64,000 bases of DNA from an archaeon (GTDB lineage Archaea; Nanobdellota; Nanobdellia; Pacearchaeales; GW2011-AR1): assembly GCA_018653485.1 (NCBI GenBank), contig JABHZE010000002.1, positions 56,294 through 120,293 of the forward strand, in the 5' to 3' direction. Position numbers and translations under genes: made by a program. Below are positions 55,768 through 64,000 of the stretch, in pieces. The first letter of the stretch is position 1. Each line of letters begins with the position of its first letter. A model generated the notes under the pieces. That model had not been told where the DNA came from, made no database searches, and saw only the letters and a list, made by a program, of their open reading frames with translations.

Positions 55768-56124
55768 ATGAAAAGATTATATTTATCCCAACAACCAGAT
55801 GAAAGATATGAACCATGTTCTAGCCAAGGATTTGGAACATTTGAAGAAGCAGAACGATTAATTTTTGATTATTGTAACTTTTGCACAGAATCAGAATTTA
55901 TTGAACCTGAAAGCCAAAGACCAAAACATAAATGCGATACATTAAATAGATTAAGATTAGCTATGGGAGAGAATTATCCTTCTTGGGATGAAGCTTTTGT
56001 AAAACTCCAAAGAAAAGACGCATTAAGCATTTTTCCTGATACCTCAGAAGAACTTCCATATAGTTTAGTAATTTGCAAAAAATTCAAATCACCACAATTA
56101 GAATTTGCATTTATGACAGAATAA
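55768..56124 (+). CDS. hypothetical Cys-containing protein (118 aa)
   Basis: ORF only. Confidence 0.3.
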   Translation: MKRLYLSQQPDERYEPCSSQGFGTFEEAERLIFDYCNFCTESEFIEPESQRPKHKCDTLNRLRLAMGENYPSWDEAFVKLQRKDALSIFPDTSEELPYSLVICKKFKSPQLEFAFMTE

Positions 56125-56143
56125 TGAAAGAATACTTCTAAAT

Positions 56144-57589
56144 CTACTGACTTATCCCAAACATCCAACTAATCATCATTAATAAAACTCCGAATAATAT
56201 TATTCTTCCAATCCAAGCATTAACCCTTTTAGCTGCTTTTTCACTTCTAGTTATTCCCCAAATAGTTAAATAAAAGAATCTTCCACCATCTAAAATTGAA
56301 ACAGGCAACATATTAAATAATGCAACTAACAAATTAATAATAAATATCCAGAACATTAAATAATAAATAAATAATAAGAAATCATTTTTAACATCATAAT
56401 GTGTTCCAGGTTCTTTAAATATCATAGTTGCAATTCCTTCAGCCATATTTTTTTGAGCAGGACTATATCCAACACCAATTAAACCATTCTCATCCAAAAC
56501 AAGATTATATTCTAACATCTCACCATTATAATCTGTAATAATCTTAATCTCCTCTCCAGCAGAATACTTTCCTAAAACATTACCTAATTCTGCATAATTT
56601 TTAACTTCTTCATCATTAACAGACTTAATCACTCCAACCATTCGATTGTTTAATGCAGGAGAATCTTCATATAAGAGAAGTTTATCTCCATTAAATGCAA
56701 GCGGAGCATCTAATATTCTTTGATTTGAATAATATTTTTTTCCATTGATCATAATCTCACTAACATTAATTGAATACCCATTACTCCCTAAAACAATTTC
56801 ATCATTTATTCTTCCTTGTTCAAGCAAATTCATTAAAACAGATTTATCAGGATTTTGTAATTCTATTTCATTAATAGAAGTAATAGAATCAATATTAACT
56901 AACTCTGAAGAATAAGCATTAAAAAATACACCTGCAGGAGTAAATGCCATATAAAATACACCCATCCAAATAAACAAAAATAAAATCGCAGTTATAGTAT
57001 TTGCAAAAACACCTGCACCTAATATAGATAACTGATTTATTTTACTTGCCTTAACCATATCACTTTCTTTTTGTTCAACAAATGCACCTAAGAAAGGTCC
57101 TAAAAATACAATTCCAGTACTCTTAATTCCTACTTTTGAATACCTCATATAAATTCCATGAGAAAATTCATGAACAATTGCAACAATTGCTAAAGCAATA
57201 ATAAAATAAGCAAAATAAAATGGAGGGAAAAAATCATCCATTCCAAATAATTGTGGGAAGTAAGGAATTAAAGGTGCAATAGGAGGTGCTTTAACAAGTT
57301 TAGTAACTAAAACCGGTTGAGTAACATAAAGGTAAACAGTTCTTCCAATTAAATACAAAATTCCTGCCATAAGAATATAACCTAACCCAATTATAACATA
57401 TCTTAATTTTCCAAGAATCCACCTATACCGATCTCCAATATAATTAATTAAATCAACACCCCATTGAGCCTTATATAAAAAAATAATCTTCATCTCTCTT
57501 TTCAAATTAGCCCTATTTTTATAAAGAAAAAATGTAACAAATATGATAAACACAGCCAGAAAAATTAAATCATATAAAACAAAACTCAT
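56144..57589 (-). CDS. site-2 protease (M50 family zinc metalloprotease) with PDZ domain
   Basis: HEFSHG (HExxH) in a TM helix and a second motif NMLPVSILDGG (NxxPxxxLDG). The central region is PDZ-like. Confidence 0.7.
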   Translation of the reverse strand: MSFVLYDLIFLAVFIIFVTFFLYKNRANLKREMKIIFLYKAQWGVDLINYIGDRYRWILGKLRYVIIGLGYILMAGILYLIGRTVYLYVTQPVLVTKLVKAPPIAPLIPYFPQLFGMDDFFPPFYFAYFIIALAIVAIVHEFSHGIYMRYSKVGIKSTGIVFLGPFLGAFVEQKESDMVKASKINQLSILGAGVFANTITAILFLFIWMGVFYMAFTPAGVFFNAYSSELVNIDSITSINEIELQNPDKSVLMNLLEQGRINDEIVLGSNGYSINVSEIMINGKKYYSNQRILDAPLAFNGDKLLLYEDSPALNNRMVGVIKSVNDEEVKNYAELGNVLGKYSAGEEIKIITDYNGEMLEYNLVLDENGLIGVGYSPAQKNMAEGIATMIFKEPGTHYDVKNDFLLFIYYLMFWIFIINLLVALFNMLPVSILDGGRFFYLTIWGITRSEKAAKRVNAWIGRIILFGVLLMMISWMFGISQ

Positions 57590-57684
57590 TTTTTCATAAA
57601 CTCCATAGATTATTAAAAAAGCCGTAAAAGGTATTTAAATGTTTGTTGGAAAATTCAAGATAATTAATTAAAGAAAACTACTTC

Positions 57685-58188
57685 TTAAATTTGTATTGGA
57701 GGATATTTATTTAGATAAAATTTAACTACATCACTATCATCAGAACCAGGATTATCTCCCCACTGTTTCAGTGTAACATATTCATAATCTGAATAATACC
57801 AAGTAAATGCCTCTTGCCCTCCTACTCCGCCCCTATAAAAAACCATTACTTCCCCCATAAATTCACAATCATCTCCTGCAATCTCACAAGTAGATTTTAA
57901 AAAAGATTTAAGGTCACTTACTCCTTTCGTAATCTCAAAAACGATTATATCATTAGACTCATCTTCATTTTTATAAAAAATTGAATCAGTAGCTTTAACA
58001 CAAACATCCCCTTCAACTTCTCCAAACTCATCACAAATTTCTTGAACTTCAAAATCAGGAATTTCATAAGTATAACCAGGAATAGCTCTGCTATCTCTTA
58101 AAACAAAAAAAGCTCCAATTCCTCCAATCAAGATTAAAATTATAACAATTATTAAAATAATGATTCCTGCTTTGCCTTGCTTTTCCAT
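57685..58188 (-). CDS. membrane-anchored extracytoplasmic protein, hypothetical
   Basis: N-terminal TM (IIILIIVIILILIGGIGAFFVL) followed by a Cys-containing soluble domain. Confidence 0.35.
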   Translation of the reverse strand: MEKQGKAGIIILIIVIILILIGGIGAFFVLRDSRAIPGYTYEIPDFEVQEICDEFGEVEGDVCVKATDSIFYKNEDESNDIIVFEITKGVSDLKSFLKSTCEIAGDDCEFMGEVMVFYRGGVGGQEAFTWYYSDYEYVTLKQWGDNPGSDDSDVVKFYLNKYPPIQI

Positions 58189-58241
58189 AAATCTATATGA
58201 CTTCTAGTTTTAAAAACTCTTCTATAAATAAACTCAGAAAA

Positions 58242-58424
58242 CTACTTCTTCCTTATCGGCCTAAAACATTTTTTCAAACATTTTCTACATCTTACTTTTC
58301 CTTCTATAATCTTTCTAGAGTCAGCTCGTAATTTAGCTTTACAATTCTTACAAACAAACATGTTTTTATACAATCTTGCTTGAGTAACAGGTAATTTTGT
58401 TGCCATAGTATTATTATTTATCAA
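58242..58424 (-). CDS. rpl40e: 50S ribosomal protein eL40
   Basis: ARLYKNMFVCKNCKAKLRADSR...CRKCLKK...RPIRKK is the eL40 C4 zinc-ribbon pattern. Confidence 0.6.
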   Translation of the reverse strand: MINNNTMATKLPVTQARLYKNMFVCKNCKAKLRADSRKIIEGKVRCRKCLKKCFRPIRKK

Positions 58425-58442
58425 AAATTTAAGTATTTAAAA

Positions 58443-58841
58443 CTATCCAATTTTCTTTTTAATCACTCTTTGCCCTTCAACTTCCCAATATTCTACTTGA
58501 GTTTCTTCTTTAATATCTTCTTTTAAGTCTTCAGGAATATCTAACTCAATTGTCTCAAAACTCTCTAAATCCATAACACTTGCTTTTCCATCAGCAATTG
58601 AAAGAACTTGCCCTTTATTTTTATTAATCATAGGACAATCTAATCTCTCATGTCCACCAGTAACAAATACTTTCTTTTTACCATCAATAACACTTATTGC
58701 TTCAATTCTACATTTAGCATGCCCGTGTTTTCCAGTTTTACTAATATCATTACTTTTTACAATACAAGGATTCCCATCAACCATAATAGCAACACCAGCT
58801 CTTGCAGCAGAAGCATTAATTAATTTATACGCCATACTCAT
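58443..58841 (-). CDS. translation initiation factor 5A (aIF-5A)
   Basis: KTGKHGHAK hypusination loop and the SH3-like/OB two-domain length of 132 aa. Confidence 0.8.
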   Translation of the reverse strand: MSMAYKLINASAARAGVAIMVDGNPCIVKSNDISKTGKHGHAKCRIEAISVIDGKKKVFVTGGHERLDCPMINKNKGQVLSIADGKASVMDLESFETIELDIPEDLKEDIKEETQVEYWEVEGQRVIKKKIG

Positions 58842-58924
58842 TTAATCAAAGTCGTGTTTATAAATCTTTTTGTAAAAATTTATTTTACACAAACACTTTT
58901 AAACCCCTATCAATAAATTTAAAC

Positions 58925-59623
58925 ATGACAATTCAAAAAAACGATTTCATAGAAATTGATTTTACAGGAAAATCAAATAATGAAATTTTTGACACAACTA
59001 GAAAAGAAGATGCTAAAGAAATGGGCTTAGATGCAGATGTTAAACCCTCAATAGTTTCAATTGGAAATCAAATGTTATTAAAAGGATTAGATGAAGAATT
59101 AGAAGGAAAAGAAATTGGAAAATCATACACAATTGCATTAACACCAGATAGAGCATTTGGAAAAAGAAATCCAAAATTAATAAGATTAATTCCATTAAGA
59201 GTTTTTAGAGAAAAAAACATTAACCCTTATCCAGGAATGGTTGTTCAATTAGATAATAATATGGCAAGAATTTTATCAGCTTCTGGTGGAAGAATCACAG
59301 TAGATTTCAATAATCAATTAGCAGGAAAAGATGTTGAATATGAAATTAAAGTTAATAGAAAAGTTACAGATAATAAAGAAAAAGTAAATGCATTATTAGA
59401 TTTCTTCTTACAACAAAGATTTGAATATGAAATTAAGGATAAAAAAGTAATTTTCAAAGAACCCAAAATAAAACCTTTTTTAGATCTGTTTCAACAAAAG
59501 TTCAAAGATATGACTGGTCTAGATTTTGAAGTTGAAGGTGAAACAAAAGAGGAAAGCAAGAAAGAAGAAGAAAAAGAAGAAAGCAAAAAAGAGGAAAAGA
59601 AAGGTACTAAGAAAACAGAATAA
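58925..59623 (+). CDS. FKBP-type peptidyl-prolyl cis-trans isomerase (SlyD-like with IF domain) plus K/E-rich tail
   Basis: DFIEIDFTGK...FDTT FKBP core with an inserted flap domain. The tail is EESKKEEEKEESKKEEKK. Confidence 0.75.
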   Translation: MTIQKNDFIEIDFTGKSNNEIFDTTRKEDAKEMGLDADVKPSIVSIGNQMLLKGLDEELEGKEIGKSYTIALTPDRAFGKRNPKLIRLIPLRVFREKNINPYPGMVVQLDNNMARILSASGGRITVDFNNQLAGKDVEYEIKVNRKVTDNKEKVNALLDFFLQQRFEYEIKDKKVIFKEPKIKPFLDLFQQKFKDMTGLDFEVEGETKEESKKEEEKEESKKEEKKGTKKTE

Positions 59624-59857
59624 ACTTTTTCAATTTCTAAATCAAACAGCTAATATAATTTGGGATAAGCTCACACCATTGCCTTAAAATTCCCCAATTA
59701 TTAATATAAATTAGAAAATTGGATTGATAAAGTCATTCAATTTTCAATAGAATAAGTTTTTGTCAACATTTGTTAGACAAACTAATTAATACCACTACAT
59801 CCAAAACAATAGTAAAACTGCAATAATCTTTAAATATAGATTTAGGGTTTTTCTGAC

Positions 59858-61042
59858 ATGGAAGAGGATTATCAAAGAGATGACACATCATATAATGAGC
59901 AAAGTTTTTCAAATACTAATTCTGAATCTCAAAGAGACTCAAAACCAATTCAAAACACACAACCTTTATCAATGACTAATAAAGATCCAGAGTTATCTGA
60001 AATAGATAGAGAATTAGAAGAACTTCTTAAAAAACAACACGCTAAAGTAAAGGTTTTTGGTATAGGTGGCGCAGGAGGAAACACAATATCAAGAATGAGA
60101 GAGATTGGAATCAAAGGAGGAGAGTTTATTGCATTAAACACAGACGCTCAAGATTTATTATATTCTAACACAGATTATAAAATTTTAATTGGTAAAGAAT
60201 TAACAATGGGATTAGGTGCTGGTTCAGACCCTAAAGTTGGAGAAGAAGCAGCTCATGAATCAGAACAAGAAATCAAAAAAAGATTATCAGGATGTGATAT
60301 GGTTTTTGTAACTTGTGGATTAGGTGGTGGAACAGGAACAGGCGCAGCACCAGTTGTAGCACAATTAGCAAAAAAACAAGGAGCATTAACAATAGGGGTT
60401 GTAACACTTCCATTCACAATGGAAGGAAGAAAAAGAATTGAAAATGCAGAATATGGTTTAGAAAGAATGGAATCAGTAGTAGATACTTTAATTGTAATTC
60501 CCAATGATAAATTATTAGAAATAGCACCTGAACTTCCATTACAAACAGCATTCAAGGTAGCAGATGAAATTTTAACAAATGCAGTTAAAGGAACAACAGA
60601 ATTAGTTACAAAATCAGGATTAGTTAATTTAGATTTCGCAGATGTTAAAGCAGTAATGTCAAATGGAGGAGTTTCATTAATGGGAATGGGAGAATCAGAC
60701 TCTGCAACAAGAGCACAAGAAGCAGTTGAAAAAGCATTATCAAATCCATTATTAGATGTAGATATAACAAATTCAACAGGAGCTTTAGTTAATATTATTG
60801 GTGGAAATGATATGAGTCTAGATGAGGCAAGAGCAATAATCTCTACAGTCGGAGATAGATTAAGCCCTGATGCTAAATTAATTTGGGGAGCACAAATCTC
60901 TCCTGAAATGGAAAAATCAATTAGAGTTATGATAATAATCACAGGAGTAAAATCTTCTCAAATAACAGGCGGAGAACTTCCAATGGATTTACAAAAACAA
61001 GTTGAAATGGAAGATGAATTAGGTATAGAATTTCTGGAGTAA
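59858..61042 (+). CDS. ftsZ: cell division GTPase FtsZ with ~60-aa N-terminal extension
   Basis: GIGGAGGNTISRM and the GGGTGTGAAPVVA tubulin signature. Confidence 0.85.
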   Translation: MEEDYQRDDTSYNEQSFSNTNSESQRDSKPIQNTQPLSMTNKDPELSEIDRELEELLKKQHAKVKVFGIGGAGGNTISRMREIGIKGGEFIALNTDAQDLLYSNTDYKILIGKELTMGLGAGSDPKVGEEAAHESEQEIKKRLSGCDMVFVTCGLGGGTGTGAAPVVAQLAKKQGALTIGVVTLPFTMEGRKRIENAEYGLERMESVVDTLIVIPNDKLLEIAPELPLQTAFKVADEILTNAVKGTTELVTKSGLVNLDFADVKAVMSNGGVSLMGMGESDSATRAQEAVEKALSNPLLDVDITNSTGALVNIIGGNDMSLDEARAIISTVGDRLSPDAKLIWGAQISPEMEKSIRVMIIITGVKSSQITGGELPMDLQKQVEMEDELGIEFLE

Positions 61043-61066
61043 AAATTATAAGGAGATCTAAATAAA

Positions 61067-61522
61067 ATGAGAAAAATTCAAAAGGGAGCAGGCTATGGAG
61101 AAATAGGTGATATTTTTAGAATGGTTCCTGAATTAAATACTGAAGATTCTGCAGGATATATTGAACAATGGTATTTAGGAGATAGTGATTGGGAAGGAAT
61201 TAGGGTAGAAGATGAAAATCCCTTAACTTATGCTAAATTAGTTGGAGGAGGTCAAGGTTTGCCCCTGGGAAATAGAGGTTTTTTTGGAATTATTGAACAA
61301 GATAAATTTTACGATGAAAGATCTTTTTTAGTCAATGGGATTCTTTTAATTCATTCTAATCGAAGAGAAAATTTTGGAAGAAAAAAATCAGATTTACCTG
61401 AAGTAAAGGTTGGGAAAAATATGCCTCAACAAATATTAAGTATTATTGGAGAAACCCAAGAAAAAGTTTTAGAAACAGCAAAAATGTTAAAACTTCCCCT
61501 TGAAGAATATGTTTCTAACTAA
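61067..61522 (+). CDS. hypothetical protein (151 aa) immediately downstream of ftsZ
   Basis: SD-preceded (aggaga) ORF 24 nt after the ftsZ stop. No family is recognised, and it does not look like SepF. Confidence 0.45.
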   Translation: MRKIQKGAGYGEIGDIFRMVPELNTEDSAGYIEQWYLGDSDWEGIRVEDENPLTYAKLVGGGQGLPLGNRGFFGIIEQDKFYDERSFLVNGILLIHSNRRENFGRKKSDLPEVKVGKNMPQQILSIIGETQEKVLETAKMLKLPLEEYVSN

Positions 61523-61542
61523 TTCTTAATAAAATATATTCT

Positions 61543-61845
61543 TCACCTAACCAAATAAGGCCCACCATGTAACCATTCCATACAATCCTCACATGTTTCT
61601 CTCCATCTATGAAACTGAATTTCAATTGTTTTATCACATTGAGGAATATAAACTTCTTCACGCCAATATCTTTCATCTGATTGTTTAGGTAATTCTGGAG
61701 CAGAAATTAGGTTATCAACATCCTCATACCTAACTTCAATAACCAATGTTTCTGAAATAGGCCCAGGCCTTGGTTGATCTAATTCACAAGAGATTCTAAC
61801 TCTATCTTCTAAAAATTCAGTTTTATCTATCCCTTTTCCAAACAT
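61543..61845 (-). CDS. hypothetical Cys-containing protein (100 aa)
   Basis: ORF with CEDC and further Cys/His residues. It is convergent with the ftsZ pair. Confidence 0.35.
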   Translation of the reverse strand: MFGKGIDKTEFLEDRVRISCELDQPRPGPISETLVIEVRYEDVDNLISAPELPKQSDERYWREEVYIPQCDKTIEIQFHRWRETCEDCMEWLHGGPYLVR

Positions 61846-61960
61846 AGAATAATCTAGAATTTTTATCTTATATTATTATTCAATATTAATAATATAAGCA
61901 ATATATTTTTTTCAATCCCCCAACAAGAAACTTTAAAAACACATTATCCCAATTAAAATC

Positions 61961-62134
61961 ATGTTTAACTTAAAATCATTCACAAAACAATGTCTAAGAG
62001 TATGGAAACTTCTTAAAAAACCATCAAAGACAGAGTTTACAACAATTGCAAAAGTTTCTGCAATTGGACTAGCATTAATTGGAGTAATTGGATTTGCAAT
62101 TTCACTTTTAATGGAATTCCTTGGTTTGGTTTAA
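61961..62134 (+). CDS. secE: protein translocase subunit SecE/Sec61-gamma (58 aa, below ORF-track cutoff)
   Basis: Manual translation gives MFNLKSFTKQCLRVWKLLKKPSKTEFTTIAKVSAIGLALIGVIGFAISLLMEFLGLV. It has a single C-terminal TM and lies directly upstream of spt5 as in archaeal secE-nusG/spt5-rpl11 operons. Confidence 0.6.
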   Translation: MFNLKSFTKQCLRVWKLLKKPSKTEFTTIAKVSAIGLALIGVIGFAISLLMEFLGLV

Positions 62135-62308
62135 AATAGTTTAAACAATATTCGTATCATAAGATTTATAACTTCAACGACATTAAAAGAGTTGAATGGG
62201 ATAAAGTTTTAATAAAGAAAACTTTATAAACCCCTAATTTATCCTATAATTATAGCTTCTAATAGTTTATTAGTTAGCTGAGCAAAAATTAAGCAAAAAC
62301 AAAACAAA

Positions 62309-62887
62309 ATGGCAATATATATTATAAAAGTAACAACAAATAAAGAAGATAGAGCATTAGAATTAATCTCTACAAAGGTTCATAAAAAAGACCTAAATGT
62401 TTATTCTTTAGCACGTCCTCACGGACTTAGAGGCTATATTTTTTTAGAAGCTGAAGATAGAGATTCTGCTGAAGAAGCAGCTTATAATTTACCTTATGTA
62501 AAAGGAATTATTGGAAAAACAGTTACTTATGAAGAAATTAAAAACATGCTTGAACCAGTAATGGAAGAGATTAATATAGAGAAAGGAGATATTATTGAAA
62601 TCATAGGCGAACCTTTTAAAAAGGAGAAAGCCAAGGTAGTTAGAATAGATAAGACAAAGGGAGAAGCAGTAGTTACATTACTTGCTGCAGTTGTTCCAAT
62701 ACCAGTAACAGTAAAACTTGATAATGTAAAGGTTATCAGAAGAGAAAAAGAAGGAGAAGAAGGTGAAGAGGGTGAAGAGACACAAGCAAAACCAGATCTT
62801 ACTTCAACTAATGAAGAAGAAGCACCAATGATGAATCAAGATGATTTCGAAGAACACACAGGAGGATTAATCCCAGACGATTATTAA
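62309..62887 (+). CDS. spt5: transcription elongation factor Spt5 (NusG homolog) with acidic C-terminal tail
   Basis: NGN domain (IYIIKVTTNKEDRALELI...GYIFLEAED) plus a KOW motif (IEKGDIIEIIGEPFKKEKAKVVRIDK). Confidence 0.75.
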   Translation: MAIYIIKVTTNKEDRALELISTKVHKKDLNVYSLARPHGLRGYIFLEAEDRDSAEEAAYNLPYVKGIIGKTVTYEEIKNMLEPVMEEINIEKGDIIEIIGEPFKKEKAKVVRIDKTKGEAVVTLLAAVVPIPVTVKLDNVKVIRREKEGEEGEEGEETQAKPDLTSTNEEEAPMMNQDDFEEHTGGLIPDDY

Positions 62888-62891
62888 AAAA

Positions 62892-63569
62892 ATGATAGTA
62901 AAATTATTAATAGATGGCGGAGACATGAAACCAGGTCCAGCAATAGCCCAACAATTAGGCCCAATGGGAGTTAATATGGGCAAAGTTATTTCTGATGTAA
63001 ATGAAGCAACTAAAGGATTTAAAGGAATGAAAGTTCCAGTTGAGTTAGATGTTGATGAGAAAACAAAAGAATATAAGATTCATACTTCATCACCACCAAC
63101 TTCAGAATTATTAAAAAAAGAACTTAATTTACAAACAGGAACACCAGATCATAAAAAACAAAAGATGGGTAATGCTTCAATAGAAGACATAATTAAGGTA
63201 GCAAAAATAAAACATACAAACATGCTTGAGAAAGAACTTAAGTCTGCTGTTAAATCTGTTTTAGGAACTGCATCTTCAATAGGAATTTTAGTAGAAAATA
63301 AAGAACCTAATGAATTAATACAAACTATCACTAAAGGAAAGTTTGATAAAGAAATAAATGAAGGATTAGATGAAACATCTCCTGAAAAAAGACAAAAACT
63401 TAATGATTACTTTGCAGAAGTTAAAGCTTCACAAGATGCAACATTAGAATTAGAAAAGAAAGAGGCTGAAAAAGCAGCTGAAGAAGCAGAAAAGAAAACA
63501 GCTAAAGAATCTACAGAAGCAGCTACAGAAGAAAAGAAAGAAGAAGCACCTGTAGAAGAGAAAAAGTAA
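62892..63569 (+). CDS. rpl11: 50S ribosomal protein uL11 with K/E-rich C-terminal extension
   Basis: IVKLLIDGGDMKPGPAIAQQLGPMGVNMGKVISDVNEATKGFKGMKVPVEL is the classic uL11 N-domain. Confidence 0.8.
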   Translation: MIVKLLIDGGDMKPGPAIAQQLGPMGVNMGKVISDVNEATKGFKGMKVPVELDVDEKTKEYKIHTSSPPTSELLKKELNLQTGTPDHKKQKMGNASIEDIIKVAKIKHTNMLEKELKSAVKSVLGTASSIGILVENKEPNELIQTITKGKFDKEINEGLDETSPEKRQKLNDYFAEVKASQDATLELEKKEAEKAAEEAEKKTAKESTEAATEEKKEEAPVEEKK

Positions 63570-63631
63570 ACCTATAAATGAAAGGAACAATACCCAATAT
63601 TTATAAACCAAAAAAAACCTATAATTTATAT

Positions 63632-63704
63632 GGGGCTATGGGGTAGTCTGGTATCCTTCCAGCTTTGGGAGTTGGCGACCGCAGTTCAAATCTGCGTAGC
63701 CCCA
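63632..63704 (+). tRNA. tRNA-Pro (anticodon UGG)
   Basis: Hand-folded. It has acceptor GGGGCTA/TAGCCCC, D-arm GGGT..ATCC, anticodon stem CCAGC/GTTGG (one G-U) with loop TTTGGGA, T-arm CGCAG-TTCAAAT-CTGCG and discriminator A. No CCA is encoded. Confidence 0.75.
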
Positions 63705-63720
63705 TTCACACACAAACAAA

Positions 63721-63942
63721 ATGAGAACAAAAAAAGTAAAAGCAGCAGGAAGATTTGGAGCAAGATACGGACGTAGAGTTAGAACTAAAATTGCAGATAT
63801 TGAATCTACTCAAAGAAAAAAACAACAATGTATTTTTTGCAGTGGAACTGCAAAAAGACTTTCAAAAGGAATTTGGAAATGTAAAAAATGCGATAAAAAG
63901 TTCGCAGGACATACATATATGCTTCCTAAAAAAGAAGAATAA
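63721..63942 (+). CDS. rpl37ae: 50S ribosomal protein eL43 (L37ae)
   Basis: MRTKKVKAAGRFGARYGRRVRTKI and the C4 zinc ribbon CIFCSG...CKKCDKKFAGHTY. Confidence 0.75.
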   Translation: MRTKKVKAAGRFGARYGRRVRTKIADIESTQRKKQQCIFCSGTAKRLSKGIWKCKKCDKKFAGHTYMLPKKEE

Positions 63943-64000
63943 TTAAACAATAAATTTAAAAAACATCAAAATCAATTAAAAACATGGCAACTTACAAATG

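Noticed and set aside
1-64000. Scanned for CRISPR arrays, long tandem DNA repeats, IS elements/transposases, integrases, and rRNA or SRP/RNase P RNAs.
   Set aside because: No regularly spaced direct repeats, no transposase/integrase-like ORFs and no GC-rich structured-RNA-sized gaps were seen. Only short local repeats occur (e.g. aattatttatca x2 at 16192-16223, taaatacctttaaag x2 at 14695-14747), and these are consistent with AT-rich intergenic sequence and convergent terminators.

Overview
Strongly AT-rich archaeal chromosomal segment. The archaeal assignment rests on the ribosomal protein set (eS4, eL19, eL32, eL40, eL43, aSUI1, aIF5A, Spt5/SecE, AglB) and on gene order. Many proteins carry K/E-rich low-complexity tails, which together with the compact layout suggests a small-genome, DPANN-like archaeon; this is inference. 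Contents: (1) 0.1-12.7 kb: a protein N-glycosylation/glycan-modification cluster: AglB oligosaccharyltransferase with an unusual N-terminal pentapeptide-repeat region, AglH-like GlcNAc-1-P transferase, GtrA, a GT-C PMT/ArnT-like enzyme, GT1, a CgeB-like GT, a class I methyltransferase, and two different radical SAM enzymes (one B12-binding, one SPASM). (2) 16.5-30.6 kb: the large ribosomal-protein operon uL3...uL15-SecY in atypical order: S3-L29-aSUI1 sit after S5, no RNase P p29 gene is recognisable, and an unknown 99-aa ORF lies between uL23 and uL2. (3) AMP phosphorylase, an eIF-2B-family protein, two AI-2E transporters and a CPA2 antiporter. (4) 36.8-41.5 kb: a copper-resistance locus comprising a membrane-anchored wHTH regulator, an HMA-membrane-cupredoxin fusion, a cupin and a CopA P-type ATPase. 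(5) 41.6-47.1 kb: a nucleotide-sugar cluster with a GmhB-like phosphatase and a fused nucleotidyltransferase/GHMP-kinase, suggesting a GDP-heptose-type pathway. (6) tRNA-Ser, the uL1-uL10-P1 operon, Taw1, S2P protease, eL40, aIF5A, FKBP, FtsZ, SecE-Spt5-uL11, tRNA-Pro and eL43. No CRISPR array, transposase or integrase is visible.
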